Origin: Vicinamibacterales bacterium
GTDB taxonomy: Bacteria > Acidobacteriota > Vicinamibacteria > Vicinamibacterales > JAMQPK01
NCBI GenBank assembly: GCA_963850725.1
Contig: CAWKMQ010000022.1
Span: 128,347-192,346 of the forward strand
Length of the DNA stretch: 64,000 nucleotides
Direction: 5' to 3'
Below the pieces are notes generated by a model, which was not told the DNA's origin, did no database searches, and was given only the letters and a program-made list of their open reading frames with translations. Both the position numbers and the translations under genes were made by a program. How positions within the stretch are numbered: position 1 is the stretch's first letter; every line of letters begins with the position of its first letter. Shown here in pieces: positions 9,901 to 18,536 of the stretch.

Positions 9901-11840
9901 AAAGACGGACCGTCGGGATGGGAGCGAAGATTCCTGAGTCGTAAAGGGTGCGATTCTCGGGACTCAGGGCCCTGAAGCTGATGCCGCGTTCCAGCGTCAG
10001 CTCGTGGCGGCCGTTGACGATGACGTGGCCGAAGCCGGCGCGGCGGATGGTGTCGGTCGGCAGCCAGGACTCCATCCGAATGTCGAGGTCGAACGGCTCG
10101 AATCCGCACGCGCACGCGAAACGGCCGGTCGCTCGTCTGAACGAGCTCGGGGCGCTCGCCGACTCTCCCGGCGATCACGTTGTATTGGCGAAGGGTTGGC
10201 TCCGCGGTCGCGGTGGTCAGGATTTTCCAGCCGCGGCCGACGCTGATGGGATTCAGGGGAAACTCGCGGTCGGGTCGCAGTATCGCGAGCACGTACGGAG
10301 TGCCACCGCGAATCGACTTCAGATCATCGCTGAACTGCAGTTTGTCTGGAGGGGGGTCGTGCTGCCATTGGGACGGGTTCGGGGGGTGGACCTTGTCATA
10401 CGCCCGGCCTGTCAGCACGACGTCGCGCCCGGCTATCGCATTCTCGGCCACGAATATCGCGAATCGATCGCGTCCACCCGGCCACGCCAGCCACGTCAGC
10501 TCCTCGGTGGCAAACCATGGCACGCCCGGCCTGTGCTCGCGCATGAAGTACTCGAACGCGTTCTGCACCTGCCAGTTGCTGTCGACGCCAAACACCGTCG
10601 GACGGTTCGTCGGCGTGAACGCGTGGAGCAGCCGAACGGCGCGGTTATCCTGGCTTCGATCGACGGCCGGAAACGTGTCGTAGCCCCGCCAGGCGGGATA
10701 CAGCAGAAGCACGAACCCCGCCGCGCCGCCACGCCGCGAAGAGGGAGTTGCATGAGCCCGCCGACGAGCGCGGCCACGCCGGCGCCGGCACACAGCGCGA
10801 CGATGTAGTGGGAAGGAAGGAAGAAGATGTAGGCGTCGCCGACGTTGTACGTCCACGCAAACGCGAGGTTTGCCGCATAAGAGCAGCAGAAGCAGCACAC
10901 CTCGTCCCGGCCAGCGGAGGGTGACGTATCCGACTCCCGCAACTGCGAGGAGGATGCCGGGCATGCCGAATTGCTGCCGCAGGTCGAACCAGTACATCGC
11001 CGGACGCGATTGAAGCCCGGTTTCGGACACGTTCATCACGAGCGTTTCGCGCCAGTCCGCTTTGGTGACGTCGAACCAGAACTTGCCGAGCCCTTCGGCG
11101 AGCGACGAAGGCGGCTCGAGGTCGGCCCACAGCCCGCGGAAATTCCAGGCGTATTGAAGCACGCCCAGAAGCGCAATGACGATGGCCATCGCTATCATGC
11201 GGACGCTCAGGGGATCCGTGGGGCCGCGCCGATGCATCAGCAGGAAGATGGCGAACCCCGGCAGAAGCAGCACCATGCTCAAGTGATTGCCGAATCCCAG
11301 GGCGTAGATCGCGTAGAACCACGCGAGCCGTCCGGCCGTCGGCTCGTCGCCCCATGCAAGCAGCGCCAGCATCGATGCGCCCACGAGGAGCAGGTGAAGC
11401 GTATAAACCTCGGCGGTAACGGCCTGCGACCAGAACGTATACGAGAAGGCGAGAAACAGCCCGGCTGCGGCGCCGGCGAAAAGAGACTGGGCCAGCCGCG
11501 CGCCAAGCCACGTCGCCAGGCCCACCGCCATGGCACCGTAGACCGCGGACGCGAGATTCAGGGCGCGCGCGGGCTCGCCGGGATGGAACAGGACGAACAG
11601 GTGGCCGAGGCCGTAATAGAGAGGGTAGGCCTGCCGCGGCGTCAGCGTGAGCGAGCTGACACCGGTTTGAAACGAGGCGCTGTCGCCGAAATCGAGCCCG
11701 GGAAGAAGCGTCGCGTAGTAGCAGAGAAACGCGACAACCGCGACGAGCGCCGAGACTAGCCCTTGGCCAGCGATCCGGGTTCGGGCGGAGCCGAGCGTGG
11801 TGCTTCCTTCGTTTCGATAGGAAAGTTGGCGGCGAGCCAT
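9887..11840 (-). CDS. DUF2723-type polytopic membrane protein (GT-C-like putative glycosyltransferase), with about 3 apparent frameshifts
   Basis: ORF 9873..11840 carries LLPGLDFGDSASFQT, PLYYGLGHLF, NLASAVYGAMAV, TAEVYTLHLLLV and GFGNHLSM. The middle segment is recovered from ORF 10496..10942 (NLAFAWTYNVGDAYIFFLPSHYIVAL). The C-terminus is recovered from ORF 9887..10075. The 5' end overlaps the rhodanese gene by 85 nt, so the start is uncertain. Confidence 0.6.
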
Positions 11841-12127
11841 TCTGGGACCCCGCCTTTGAGGACCCTAATCTTGATCCCCTTGCGCAGCAGCTCGGCCGCT
11901 ACGTGTGTGCTGACGATCTCGTTGGGATCTGAATCGTAGGCGACGATATCGCCGCCGGTCGGGATTGGGACCGATTCGATCGCATATGGCGGCACCCGGA
12001 TGGCGCCCGGCAGCTTGACCGTGCTGTGCTCATACGCGTATTTCAGACGCACGTCGAGGATGGTGGGTTTGTCCCCACGATCCAGACGTTCCTTCAGTTG
12101 TTCTTTGCTGATGCGTTCGACGGGCAC
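11756..12127 (-). CDS. Single-domain rhodanese-homology protein with no cysteine (predicted catalytically inactive)
   Basis: ORF 11756..12127 has a rhodanese layout: ILDVR..Y...H..GA, then IVAYDSDPNEIVSTHVAAELL, then VLKGG...W. Asp sits where the active-site Cys is expected, and the 123-aa product contains no Cys. Confidence 0.65.
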   Translation of the reverse strand: MPVERISKEQLKERLDRGDKPTILDVRLKYAYEHSTVKLPGAIRVPPYAIESVPIPTGGDIVAYDSDPNEIVSTHVAAELLRKGIKIRVLKGGVPEWLAANFPIETKEAPRSAPPEPGSLAKG

Positions 12128-12162
12128 GCGCTATTCTCGCCATGCCCCGGACAGACGTCAAG

Positions 12163-12369
12163 TTAGCGGCTTCGGCGGCCCTTCGGCGCGGCGTGGTGGT
12201 TGGTGGTGGCGGCCACCGGAACCGGAACGAGCTCCGGCCGTTTGGTCCGCACCTCCCACCCGTTCGACCGCTTACCGCAGTGAATGCAGCAAAGAAAGAC
12301 CGAGCCCGACGCGCAGGTGACGCCGAAATCGTGCCGTCCCGACAGGTAGCAGTTCAACAGGTTCCACAT
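12163..12369 (-). CDS. Small CHCC zinc-ribbon-like protein (68 aa), paralog of 18134..18424
   Basis: The core is CYLSGRHDFGVTCASGSVFLCCIHCGKRSNGWEV. An AAGAGG Shine-Dalgarno lies 7 nt upstream of the ATG. It aligns with CRVLGHRNEVAVGSGTVALKCDRCGWRSPGWML. Confidence 0.6.
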   Translation of the reverse strand: MWNLLNCYLSGRHDFGVTCASGSVFLCCIHCGKRSNGWEVRTKRPELVPVPVAATTNHHAAPKGRRSR

Positions 12370-12653
12370 ATCGGACCTCTTTCTTCGTTATTCATGCGCG
12401 TATCGCAAGTCAGGTACCGCCTTCGTCCATGACGTGATCGCCACGCAGAGGTGTGCACCGAGCGGGCAATTTCGCAGCAAAATCGAATCCCGTTGGCCCG
12501 CGCGCGCGTCAGTGGACCGCCGGTTCGAGCGCCGCCGAGCGTCTGGACGGTGACCAAATCTGACACCCGGATTACGTGTTTAGGCTGACCGTACGTAAGT
12601 AAACGCCGTGTAAGGCTGCGGGGGCCTTCGTCCGACATATCCTTACAGACCAC

Positions 12654-12863
12654 ATGGCCAAGGAAGTCAAAATCGGTAACCGCAGATTCTGGATTGTGTC
12701 CGAGCCCAACGATCGGGGTTGGAAGGCGCAGGTGCTCGAAGTGCTGGACGAGCACGGAGAAACCCGGAGCATGGAGATCGAAACCACCGGCGACACGCGA
12801 AGTGTTGCCGACGATCGAGCGGTAGGACAGCTCCAGCACCGTTTGCGGGATCAATCCTTCTGA
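12654..12863 (+). CDS. Hypothetical small protein (69 aa)
   Basis: The ORF has a coding-like composition (MAKEVKIGNRRFWIVSEPNDRGWKAQVLEVLDEHGE...). There is no clear Shine-Dalgarno, and a longer antisense ORF overlaps it. Confidence 0.35.
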   Translation: MAKEVKIGNRRFWIVSEPNDRGWKAQVLEVLDEHGETRSMEIETTGDTRSVADDRAVGQLQHRLRDQSF

Positions 12864-12890
12864 ACCCCCCGGACAAACCCTTTCACAGTT

Positions 12891-14714
12891 CTACGCAGTT
12901 CGCGAGACTGCTCTGAGCAAGTCTGGGAAGTTGAATGGCTTGGCGACGTGATCGTCGAAGCCGGCGTCGAGCACCGCCCTCCGGTCTGCGTCCGAGGCCA
13001 GGGCCGTCAGCGCAATCGCCAGGCTGGGCGAGCCGTCCGCATGCGCACGCCTGATGCGCCGCAGCAGTTCGTAGCCGTCCATCCCCGGCATCGCCAGGTC
13101 GCAGATGAGCACGTCGAAGAGCTGCCCGTTCAATTCGTCCAGCGCCTGTTGCCCCGAGCTGGCCTCCGTAATGGCGGCGCCCGTCCCCGCCAGCGCCTGC
13201 GCCGCGATTTCGCGGCTGTCGATGTCATCGTCAACGACAAGAATACGTTTGCCAGACAGGTCTGGCCGCGCAAGGGTATCCGCCTGCCTTGCCGGCACAT
13301 CCGCTCCGACCAGCCGGGGCAGCGAAAGCGTGAACCGGCTGCCACGGCCGCGGCCGGCGCTGGTCGCCCGTAGTATGCCTCCGTGCAGTTCGGTGATCTC
13401 TCTGGCAATCGCGAGGCCTAGCCCGAGTCCCCCGTGCTCGCGCGTCGACGACTGATCGGCCTGCCTGAAGCGCTCGAAAATGTAGGGCAGAAACTCGGGT
13501 GCGATGCCGATGCCCGTGTCGCTGACGACGATCGAACAGCTGCGCTCATCCGCGGTCAGATCGACGCCGACTGTGCCACCCGATTCGGTGAATTTGACGG
13601 CGTTCGACAACAGGTTCCAGACGACCTGCTGCAGCCGGTCGCGATCGCCAGAGACCATGACGGGCGAGGGGGCGATGTTGGGTTTCAGCCCCACGCCCTT
13701 TGCCGCTGCCGCTGTCTGAACCACGTCGAGCGAGGCTTCCACGACCGACCGTGCGTCGACCGCCTGGGTACGGAGCTGAAGCTTGCCGGTCGCCACCCGT
13801 GACACCTCAATCAAATCTTCGACAACGCGGGCCTGCGACTGTGCGTTGCGTTCGATGCTGGCCATGGCGCGCTCGAGCGTTGCCGGATCCATGTTCGTGG
13901 TGCGTATGATCTGGAGCCAGCCGAGCATGGCGTTCATGGGCGTTCTGAGCTCGTGCGACAGCGTGGCGAGGAACTCGTCCTTGATGCGATTGCTTTCCTG
14001 AGATCTCCTGAGCAGATCGTTCCGCTCGCTGTCTTTCTTCTGAATAACCTCGAGCATGGTGTTGAACGAATGGACCAGGCGTCCGACTTCGTCGCCGGTC
14101 GTGGCCTGCGCGCGCATGGAGTAGTCGCCGCTTGACGCGACGCGATCCAGCGTGGAGGAAAGCTCGACGATCGGCGTCGCGAGGTACCGCTTCAAATGGC
14201 TCGTCAGCAGGACGGCCACCAGAAAGCCCGTGGCGAGCGCGATGAGCGCGACGAGGGTCTGACGGCGCATCCAGGCGAGCAGAGCCGAATAGTTCCCGCG
14301 GATGTAGACGGTGCCGACGGCCTGGTTCCCAGCCATGGCGTGTTGGACGGCCGTAGGCACCCCAGCCGCCGTCGTGGCGGGCCAACTGGCCGGGCACGTA
14401 AACCCGATGCGCTGGAAGTGGCTGAACAGCTGGCCAACCCGGTCGTACACGCACACCAGGTCGATGTTCGGCCGCTCATCGAGGGCTTCGACCATACCGT
14501 CAACCGCCCGTTTATCGCCGGAAGCAACAGCGGCTCCGGCGTTGTGGGCGACGACCGACGCCTGCGATTCGACGTCGATGTGCTGATTGCGCCGCGCCAT
14601 GACGAAGGTGGTGACGAGCGACGCGAGGATGGCGACGAGGAGCGCGAAGACCGTCGGCACGAGGCCGAGGGTCAGTGTTTTTCGAGCGATTGGGAGATCA
14701 CGGAATGGCCGCAT
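12891..14714 (-). CDS. Hybrid sensor histidine kinase: TM - periplasmic sensor (CHASE8-like) - TM - HAMP - HisKA - HATPase - receiver
   Basis: Intact 607-aa ORF. It has the H-box LSHELRTPMNAMLGW, the N/G boxes LLSNAVKFT, DTGIGI and GGLGLGLAI, and the receiver motifs ILVVDDD, LICDLAMPGMDG and KPF. Confidence 0.85.
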   Translation of the reverse strand: MRPFRDLPIARKTLTLGLVPTVFALLVAILASLVTTFVMARRNQHIDVESQASVVAHNAGAAVASGDKRAVDGMVEALDERPNIDLVCVYDRVGQLFSHFQRIGFTCPASWPATTAAGVPTAVQHAMAGNQAVGTVYIRGNYSALLAWMRRQTLVALIALATGFLVAVLLTSHLKRYLATPIVELSSTLDRVASSGDYSMRAQATTGDEVGRLVHSFNTMLEVIQKKDSERNDLLRRSQESNRIKDEFLATLSHELRTPMNAMLGWLQIIRTTNMDPATLERAMASIERNAQSQARVVEDLIEVSRVATGKLQLRTQAVDARSVVEASLDVVQTAAAAKGVGLKPNIAPSPVMVSGDRDRLQQVVWNLLSNAVKFTESGGTVGVDLTADERSCSIVVSDTGIGIAPEFLPYIFERFRQADQSSTREHGGLGLGLAIAREITELHGGILRATSAGRGRGSRFTLSLPRLVGADVPARQADTLARPDLSGKRILVVDDDIDSREIAAQALAGTGAAITEASSGQQALDELNGQLFDVLICDLAMPGMDGYELLRRIRRAHADGSPSLAIALTALASDADRRAVLDAGFDDHVAKPFNFPDLLRAVSRTA

Positions 14715-14721
14715 GGTGGGG

Positions 14722-15735
14722 CTAGAGCCACTTGGCCTGTTTGAACCTCACATATAACAAGCCGCACAGCCCGAAAATCACCGCGAGCACGAACGGATAC
14801 CCAAACCGCCATCTGAGCTCGGGCATCTCGGCGAAGTTCATCCCGTAAATGCCCGCGATCGCCGTCGGGACGGCAAAAATCGCCGCCCAGGCGGCGAGCC
14901 GCCGCGTGTCCTCGTTCTGCGAGACGGACACGAGCGACAGATGCGCTTCGAGCGTCGTGCTCAGCAGGTCGCGCGTGCTGTCGATCATGTCGTTGATGCG
15001 CATCGCATGGTCGTAGACGTCCCTGAAATAGGGACGGGTCTGCGAGGGCACGAGCTCGTCGTCTTCGAGCCGGATGAGGCGGGCCGAGAGCTCGATGACG
15101 GGCGACACCACGCGCCTCAGCGTGATCAGATCGCGCTTCAGCTTGTAGATCTTGGTGGTGGTCCGCCTGTTGAACGAACCGGTGAACACCCGCTGTTCGA
15201 GCAGCTCGAGCTCTTCGCCGAGCGCATCCACGATCGGGAAGTACTGATCGACGATGAAGTCCATCACCGCGTAGAGCACGAAAGCAGGGCCCTGCTTGAG
15301 AAGTTCCGGCGTCGACTCGGCGCGCGAACGGACGGGAGTGAACGTGGTCGCATACCCGTGCCGCACCGTGACGATGAAGTTGCGGCCGAGAAACATGTGG
15401 ACTTCGCCGTATCGGACATCGCACGGCTTGCCTGGCTTCGGATCCTCGATCTGTGCCGTGCGCAGGACGACAAAGAGGGAATTGTCGTAGCGCTCGACCT
15501 TCGGGCGCTGGTGGGCCCCCAAAGCGTCTTCGATAGCCAGATCGTGGAGACCGAACTCTTCCTGAATTTTGCGGAGCAGCGGTTCGTTGGGCTCGTAGAG
15601 CCCGATCCACACGAACGTCTCGGGCCGCTTCAGGACCTCGCTGATCTCGTTGATCGGCACTTCGCCAATACGGCGCCCGCCGGCATATGACGCGCTGGCG
15701 ATGATGGTGCCCGCCGCGACGGCCGCGGTGTTCAT
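14722..15735 (-). CDS. corA: Magnesium/cobalt transporter CorA
   Basis: Intact ORF with the signature IYGMNF followed by two C-terminal TM helices. Confidence 0.85.
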   Translation of the reverse strand: MNTAAVAAGTIIASASYAGGRRIGEVPINEISEVLKRPETFVWIGLYEPNEPLLRKIQEEFGLHDLAIEDALGAHQRPKVERYDNSLFVVLRTAQIEDPKPGKPCDVRYGEVHMFLGRNFIVTVRHGYATTFTPVRSRAESTPELLKQGPAFVLYAVMDFIVDQYFPIVDALGEELELLEQRVFTGSFNRRTTTKIYKLKRDLITLRRVVSPVIELSARLIRLEDDELVPSQTRPYFRDVYDHAMRINDMIDSTRDLLSTTLEAHLSLVSVSQNEDTRRLAAWAAIFAVPTAIAGIYGMNFAEMPELRWRFGYPFVLAVIFGLCGLLYVRFKQAKWL

Positions 15736-15807
15736 GACCGCATTGTAACTGTGTTAGCGGACGGTGGGCCGTGGAAGTCGGTGGCAGAGTCGATCTAGCA
15801 TGTTGGT

Positions 15808-16596
15808 ATGCCGAAAATCGCCCTCGTTTCGCTGATCGCGGTCACCTTAACCCTGGCGCTCGGGGCTCAGACTCCCCAGACCATTCCGCCGCCGGGATCG
15901 AAAGCGCCGGTGTCCGGGTACACAGTTGTGCGCAGCTTTCCACACGATCCGAAGGCCTTCACCCAGGGTCTCGAGTACTTCGATGGCTATCTCTTCGAGG
16001 GGACGGGGCAGAAAGGGCAGTCGGCCGCTCGCAAGGTCGAGCTGGAGAGCGGCAAGGTCGTGCAGGAAGAGAAGCTGCATCCGCAGTACTTCGGCGAGGG
16101 TCTCACCATCGCGCAAGGCAAGATTTTCCAGGTGACCTGGAAAGACCGTCAGGGATTCATCTACGACGCGAAGACGATGAAGTTCATCAGGAACTTCACC
16201 TACTTCGGCGAAGGGTGGGGGCTGACGCACGATCCGCTCGGCATCATCATGAGCGACGGTACGAGCACGCTGCGATTTCTCGAGACGACCCGCTTTCAGG
16301 AAAAGCGGCGCCTCAAGGTGGTCGATGCCGGCGTGGCCATCGGCAACCTGAACGAGCTCGAGATGATTCGCGGCGAGATCTGGGCGAACGTGTGGCAGAC
16401 CGATTACATCGTGCGGATTTCGCCCAAAGAGGGGCGCGTGCTGGGCTGGATCAATCTCAAAGGGTTGCTGGGCGCGCCCAACGCGAAGATGCCGCCCGAT
16501 GCGGTGCTCAACGGCATTGCCTACGACGCGCAGAAGAACCGGATCTTCGTGACGGGGAAGTTGTGGCCGCGCGTGTTCGAGATAACCGTGAAATAA
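15808..16596 (+). CDS. Glutaminyl-peptide cyclotransferase (beta-propeller type), secreted
   Basis: Intact ORF with a signal peptide and FTQGLEYFDGYLFEGTGQ, EGWGLTHD, NELE and IWANVW. Confidence 0.75.
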   Translation: MPKIALVSLIAVTLTLALGAQTPQTIPPPGSKAPVSGYTVVRSFPHDPKAFTQGLEYFDGYLFEGTGQKGQSAARKVELESGKVVQEEKLHPQYFGEGLTIAQGKIFQVTWKDRQGFIYDAKTMKFIRNFTYFGEGWGLTHDPLGIIMSDGTSTLRFLETTRFQEKRRLKVVDAGVAIGNLNELEMIRGEIWANVWQTDYIVRISPKEGRVLGWINLKGLLGAPNAKMPPDAVLNGIAYDAQKNRIFVTGKLWPRVFEITVK

Positions 16597-16600
16597 TCTG

Positions 16601-16625
16601 ACGTAGTGTCCGGCTTCAGCCGGAC
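16601..16625. repeat. REP-like hairpin element, family 1 (ACGTAGTGTCCGGCTTCAGCCGGAC)
   Basis: A 7-bp stem GTCCGGC/GCCGGAC with a 4-nt loop lies 5 nt after the cyclotransferase stop. Near-identical 25-mers occur at 39161 and 57129. Confidence 0.85.
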
Positions 16626-16630
16626 TGTGC

Positions 16631-17165
16631 TTATCGCTGTTGTTTGAATTTCGGAATCATCGGCCCCAGCGCGGCGAGTGACGCCAGATCGACGTTGCCG
16701 ACGATGTTGACGACCGTCAGTTCGTTGGCCTCCGCGGCGATCACCGACGAGGCCGCCGTTGGTGCCGCCCTCTTTCCACAGGTAGATCTCCGTCAGCTCT
16801 CCCTTGCCCTTCACTCCGACAATACGCGACCATCCCTCGCGCGCGACCTGCTTGCGAACAGCCTCGACGTCGGCGTCGGTATAGGCGCCCGGCGCGTTGA
16901 ACTCGAAATGCTTGACGTAGATGCCCCTGATTCCGTCGATCAGCTCCTGGAGCTTCGCGTTGTCTCCGCCCCTCCCGGCGAGAAAGCCGGCCGACTTCTT
17001 CAGCATGGCCGAGTCGACCGTCACGTCGACGCTTTCCGTGGCTTTCTCGGCAAGGCGGCTCAAATGGTCCATCTGAATTCGAGCGCCCTGCGCCGAGGCG
17101 GTCCCGGGGAACAGGACATAAGCAAGGACGAGGACGCAGCTGCTAATACTGAGCCTGGCGTTCAT
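16631..17165 (-). CDS. DUF4252-like secreted protein, with one apparent frameshift
   Basis: ORF 16521..17165 has a signal peptide plus IRGIYVKHFEF and LTEIYLWKEGG. The C-terminus continues in another frame (VIAAEANELTVVNIVGNVDL...KFKQQR*). The frame switch is near 16748. It lies downstream of the sigma/anti-sigma pair. Confidence 0.6.
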
Positions 17166-17481
17166 ATCGGGAGATCTCCTGAACCTTCATTTGCACCGCT
17201 GACACCTTCGCGCTGGTGATCTGCAACGCCAGCACGACATTGCGGGCCGTTTGTTCGGCGTCCATCTGCTGTTGCCGTTCGTGCTGCCAGAGGTAGTAGG
17301 TGCCTCCGGCAACGATCGCGAGCGATGCGGCGACGGCCAACGCATAGCCGGTCCACCGCGCCGGCGGCTTCGGCTGGCTGACTTTTTCGCCCGACGCGAT
17401 TCTGCCGAGCACTTTCTCGTCGAATCCACGCGGCGGGTTCTTGCGTGTGAGCGCCTGCCGCAGTTCGCGTTCAAGATCCAT
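17143..17481 (-). CDS. Putative membrane-anchored anti-sigma factor
   Basis: A 112-aa ORF that overlaps the sigma gene stop. It has a single TM helix (YALAVAASLAIVAGGTYYLW) and sits immediately downstream of the ECF sigma. Confidence 0.55.
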   Translation of the reverse strand: MDLERELRQALTRKNPPRGFDEKVLGRIASGEKVSQPKPPARWTGYALAVAASLAIVAGGTYYLWQHERQQQMDAEQTARNVVLALQITSAKVSAVQMKVQEISRYERQAQY

Positions 17482-18052
17482 GGACGTGTCCCCGATCTGC
17501 CAGCTTGCGGCGCAGCACTTCCAGCGAGCGCCGCAGATGGCTCTTCACGGTGTTCAGCGGCATGTCGACGACGGCGGCGATCTCGGCCAGGTCGAGGTCC
17601 TCCTGGAACCGCAGCGTGACGACGATTCGCGGGTGCGGAGGCAGTTCGGCCACGAGCCGTCGCAACAGCGCGTCGAGCATCGGGTCCTGGAGTCGCGCGG
17701 CGGCCGCGGGCTCGTGCACCACTTCCATCGAGACCTCACGGCGGTTACGGGGACTTCTGACCCAGTCGATGCACCGGTTGCTCGTGACGCGCCGCAGCCA
17801 GAAGACCAGATGCCGGGCCGACTCTATGCGCGCGAGATTCTGGTGGAGCACCAGAAACACGTCCTGCGCCAGCTCTTCCGCCTGACTCCAGCTCTGGAGG
17901 AAGTGGTAGGCCAGCCCGAAGACCATCGCCTGGTGCTCGCGCACGAGCGCCGCGAAGGCCTCTGGAACGCCCGCCCGCGCCTGTGCCAGGACGTCGTCTT
18001 CCGAGGGCACCGGCACGTCCGGGGACGTGGCAGCCGTCAGCATCTGACTCAT
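17471..18052 (-). CDS. ECF-type RNA polymerase sigma factor (sigma-70 family, group 4)
   Basis: Intact ORF with region 2 (AFAALVREHQAMVFGLAYHFL, ELAQDVFLVLH, WLRRVTSNRCIDW) and region 4 (LRFQEDLDLAEIAAVVDMPLNTVKSHLRR). Confidence 0.85.
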   Translation of the reverse strand: MSQMLTAATSPDVPVPSEDDVLAQARAGVPEAFAALVREHQAMVFGLAYHFLQSWSQAEELAQDVFLVLHQNLARIESARHLVFWLRRVTSNRCIDWVRSPRNRREVSMEVVHEPAAAARLQDPMLDALLRRLVAELPPHPRIVVTLRFQEDLDLAEIAAVVDMPLNTVKSHLRRSLEVLRRKLADRGHVHGS

Positions 18053-18133
18053 ATACGTGAGGCGGGCCGGGAAAGGTGCAGTGGTGCGGCGTTTGCAGCT
18101 ATGGAATGTGTTTCCGGCGGGTTTTCAGGAGCC

Positions 18134-18424
18134 ATGCAGATCCACATCGTGATTCACCGGTCGCCTGTCAGATCGAACGACGTTCTGCGCCGGTTGTGGA
18201 GGGTTTCCAGACAGATGGCCTGCCGGGTGCTCGGCCACCGCAATGAAGTCGCGGTGGGTTCCGGCACGGTCGCGCTCAAGTGCGACCGATGCGGATGGCG
18301 GTCGCCGGGCTGGATGCTCGACAAGCGGCCGGCCGCGTCGAGCCACAGCGACACCTCTACGGATGCGCCCAGGGCCGCACGAGCGGCAGGTCACCTGCGC
18401 ATGGTGAAGAGTCCCACGCGATAG
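18134..18424 (+). CDS. Small CHCC zinc-ribbon-like protein, paralog of 12163..12369, divergent from the ECF sigma gene
   Basis: This is the C-terminal part of ORF 17441..18424; the rest of that ORF is antisense to the sigma gene. The core is CRVLGHRNEVAVGSGTVALKCDRCGWRSPGW. AGGAG lies just upstream of the ATG at 18134. ATG 18101 is an alternative start. Confidence 0.5.
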   Translation: MQIHIVIHRSPVRSNDVLRRLWRVSRQMACRVLGHRNEVAVGSGTVALKCDRCGWRSPGWMLDKRPAASSHSDTSTDAPRAARAAGHLRMVKSPTR

Positions 18425-18536
18425 AGCGTCCACGAACCCAAATTCCCGCCTGCTGATTCGACGATTATCCAGTGCTTGCCTATAAGGTAAGCATCGGGAT
18501 AAGCGATCGGACGGCACAATCCGAATCAAGCCAAGA

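Noticed and set aside
9873-11840. The Arg-rich segments of the 655-aa ORF (RRRRLHLLPSFPLHRRAVCRRRRGRARRR and the C-terminal RPRHRQRPPR tail), considered as unusual basic domains.
   Set aside because: These stretches are out-of-frame translations. The alternative frames give normal TM-helix and beta-rich sequence continuous with the DUF2723 protein.
12354-12854. A 166-aa minus-strand ORF across the 12370-12650 non-coding region.
   Set aside because: It has no motifs and overlaps the better-looking plus-strand small ORF 12654..12863. It runs through an apparently non-coding, mixed-composition spacer.
17441-18133. The upstream part of ORF 17441..18424.
   Set aside because: It is antisense to the ECF sigma factor gene. 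Only the last roughly 97 codons (the CHCC mini-protein) look like a real gene.
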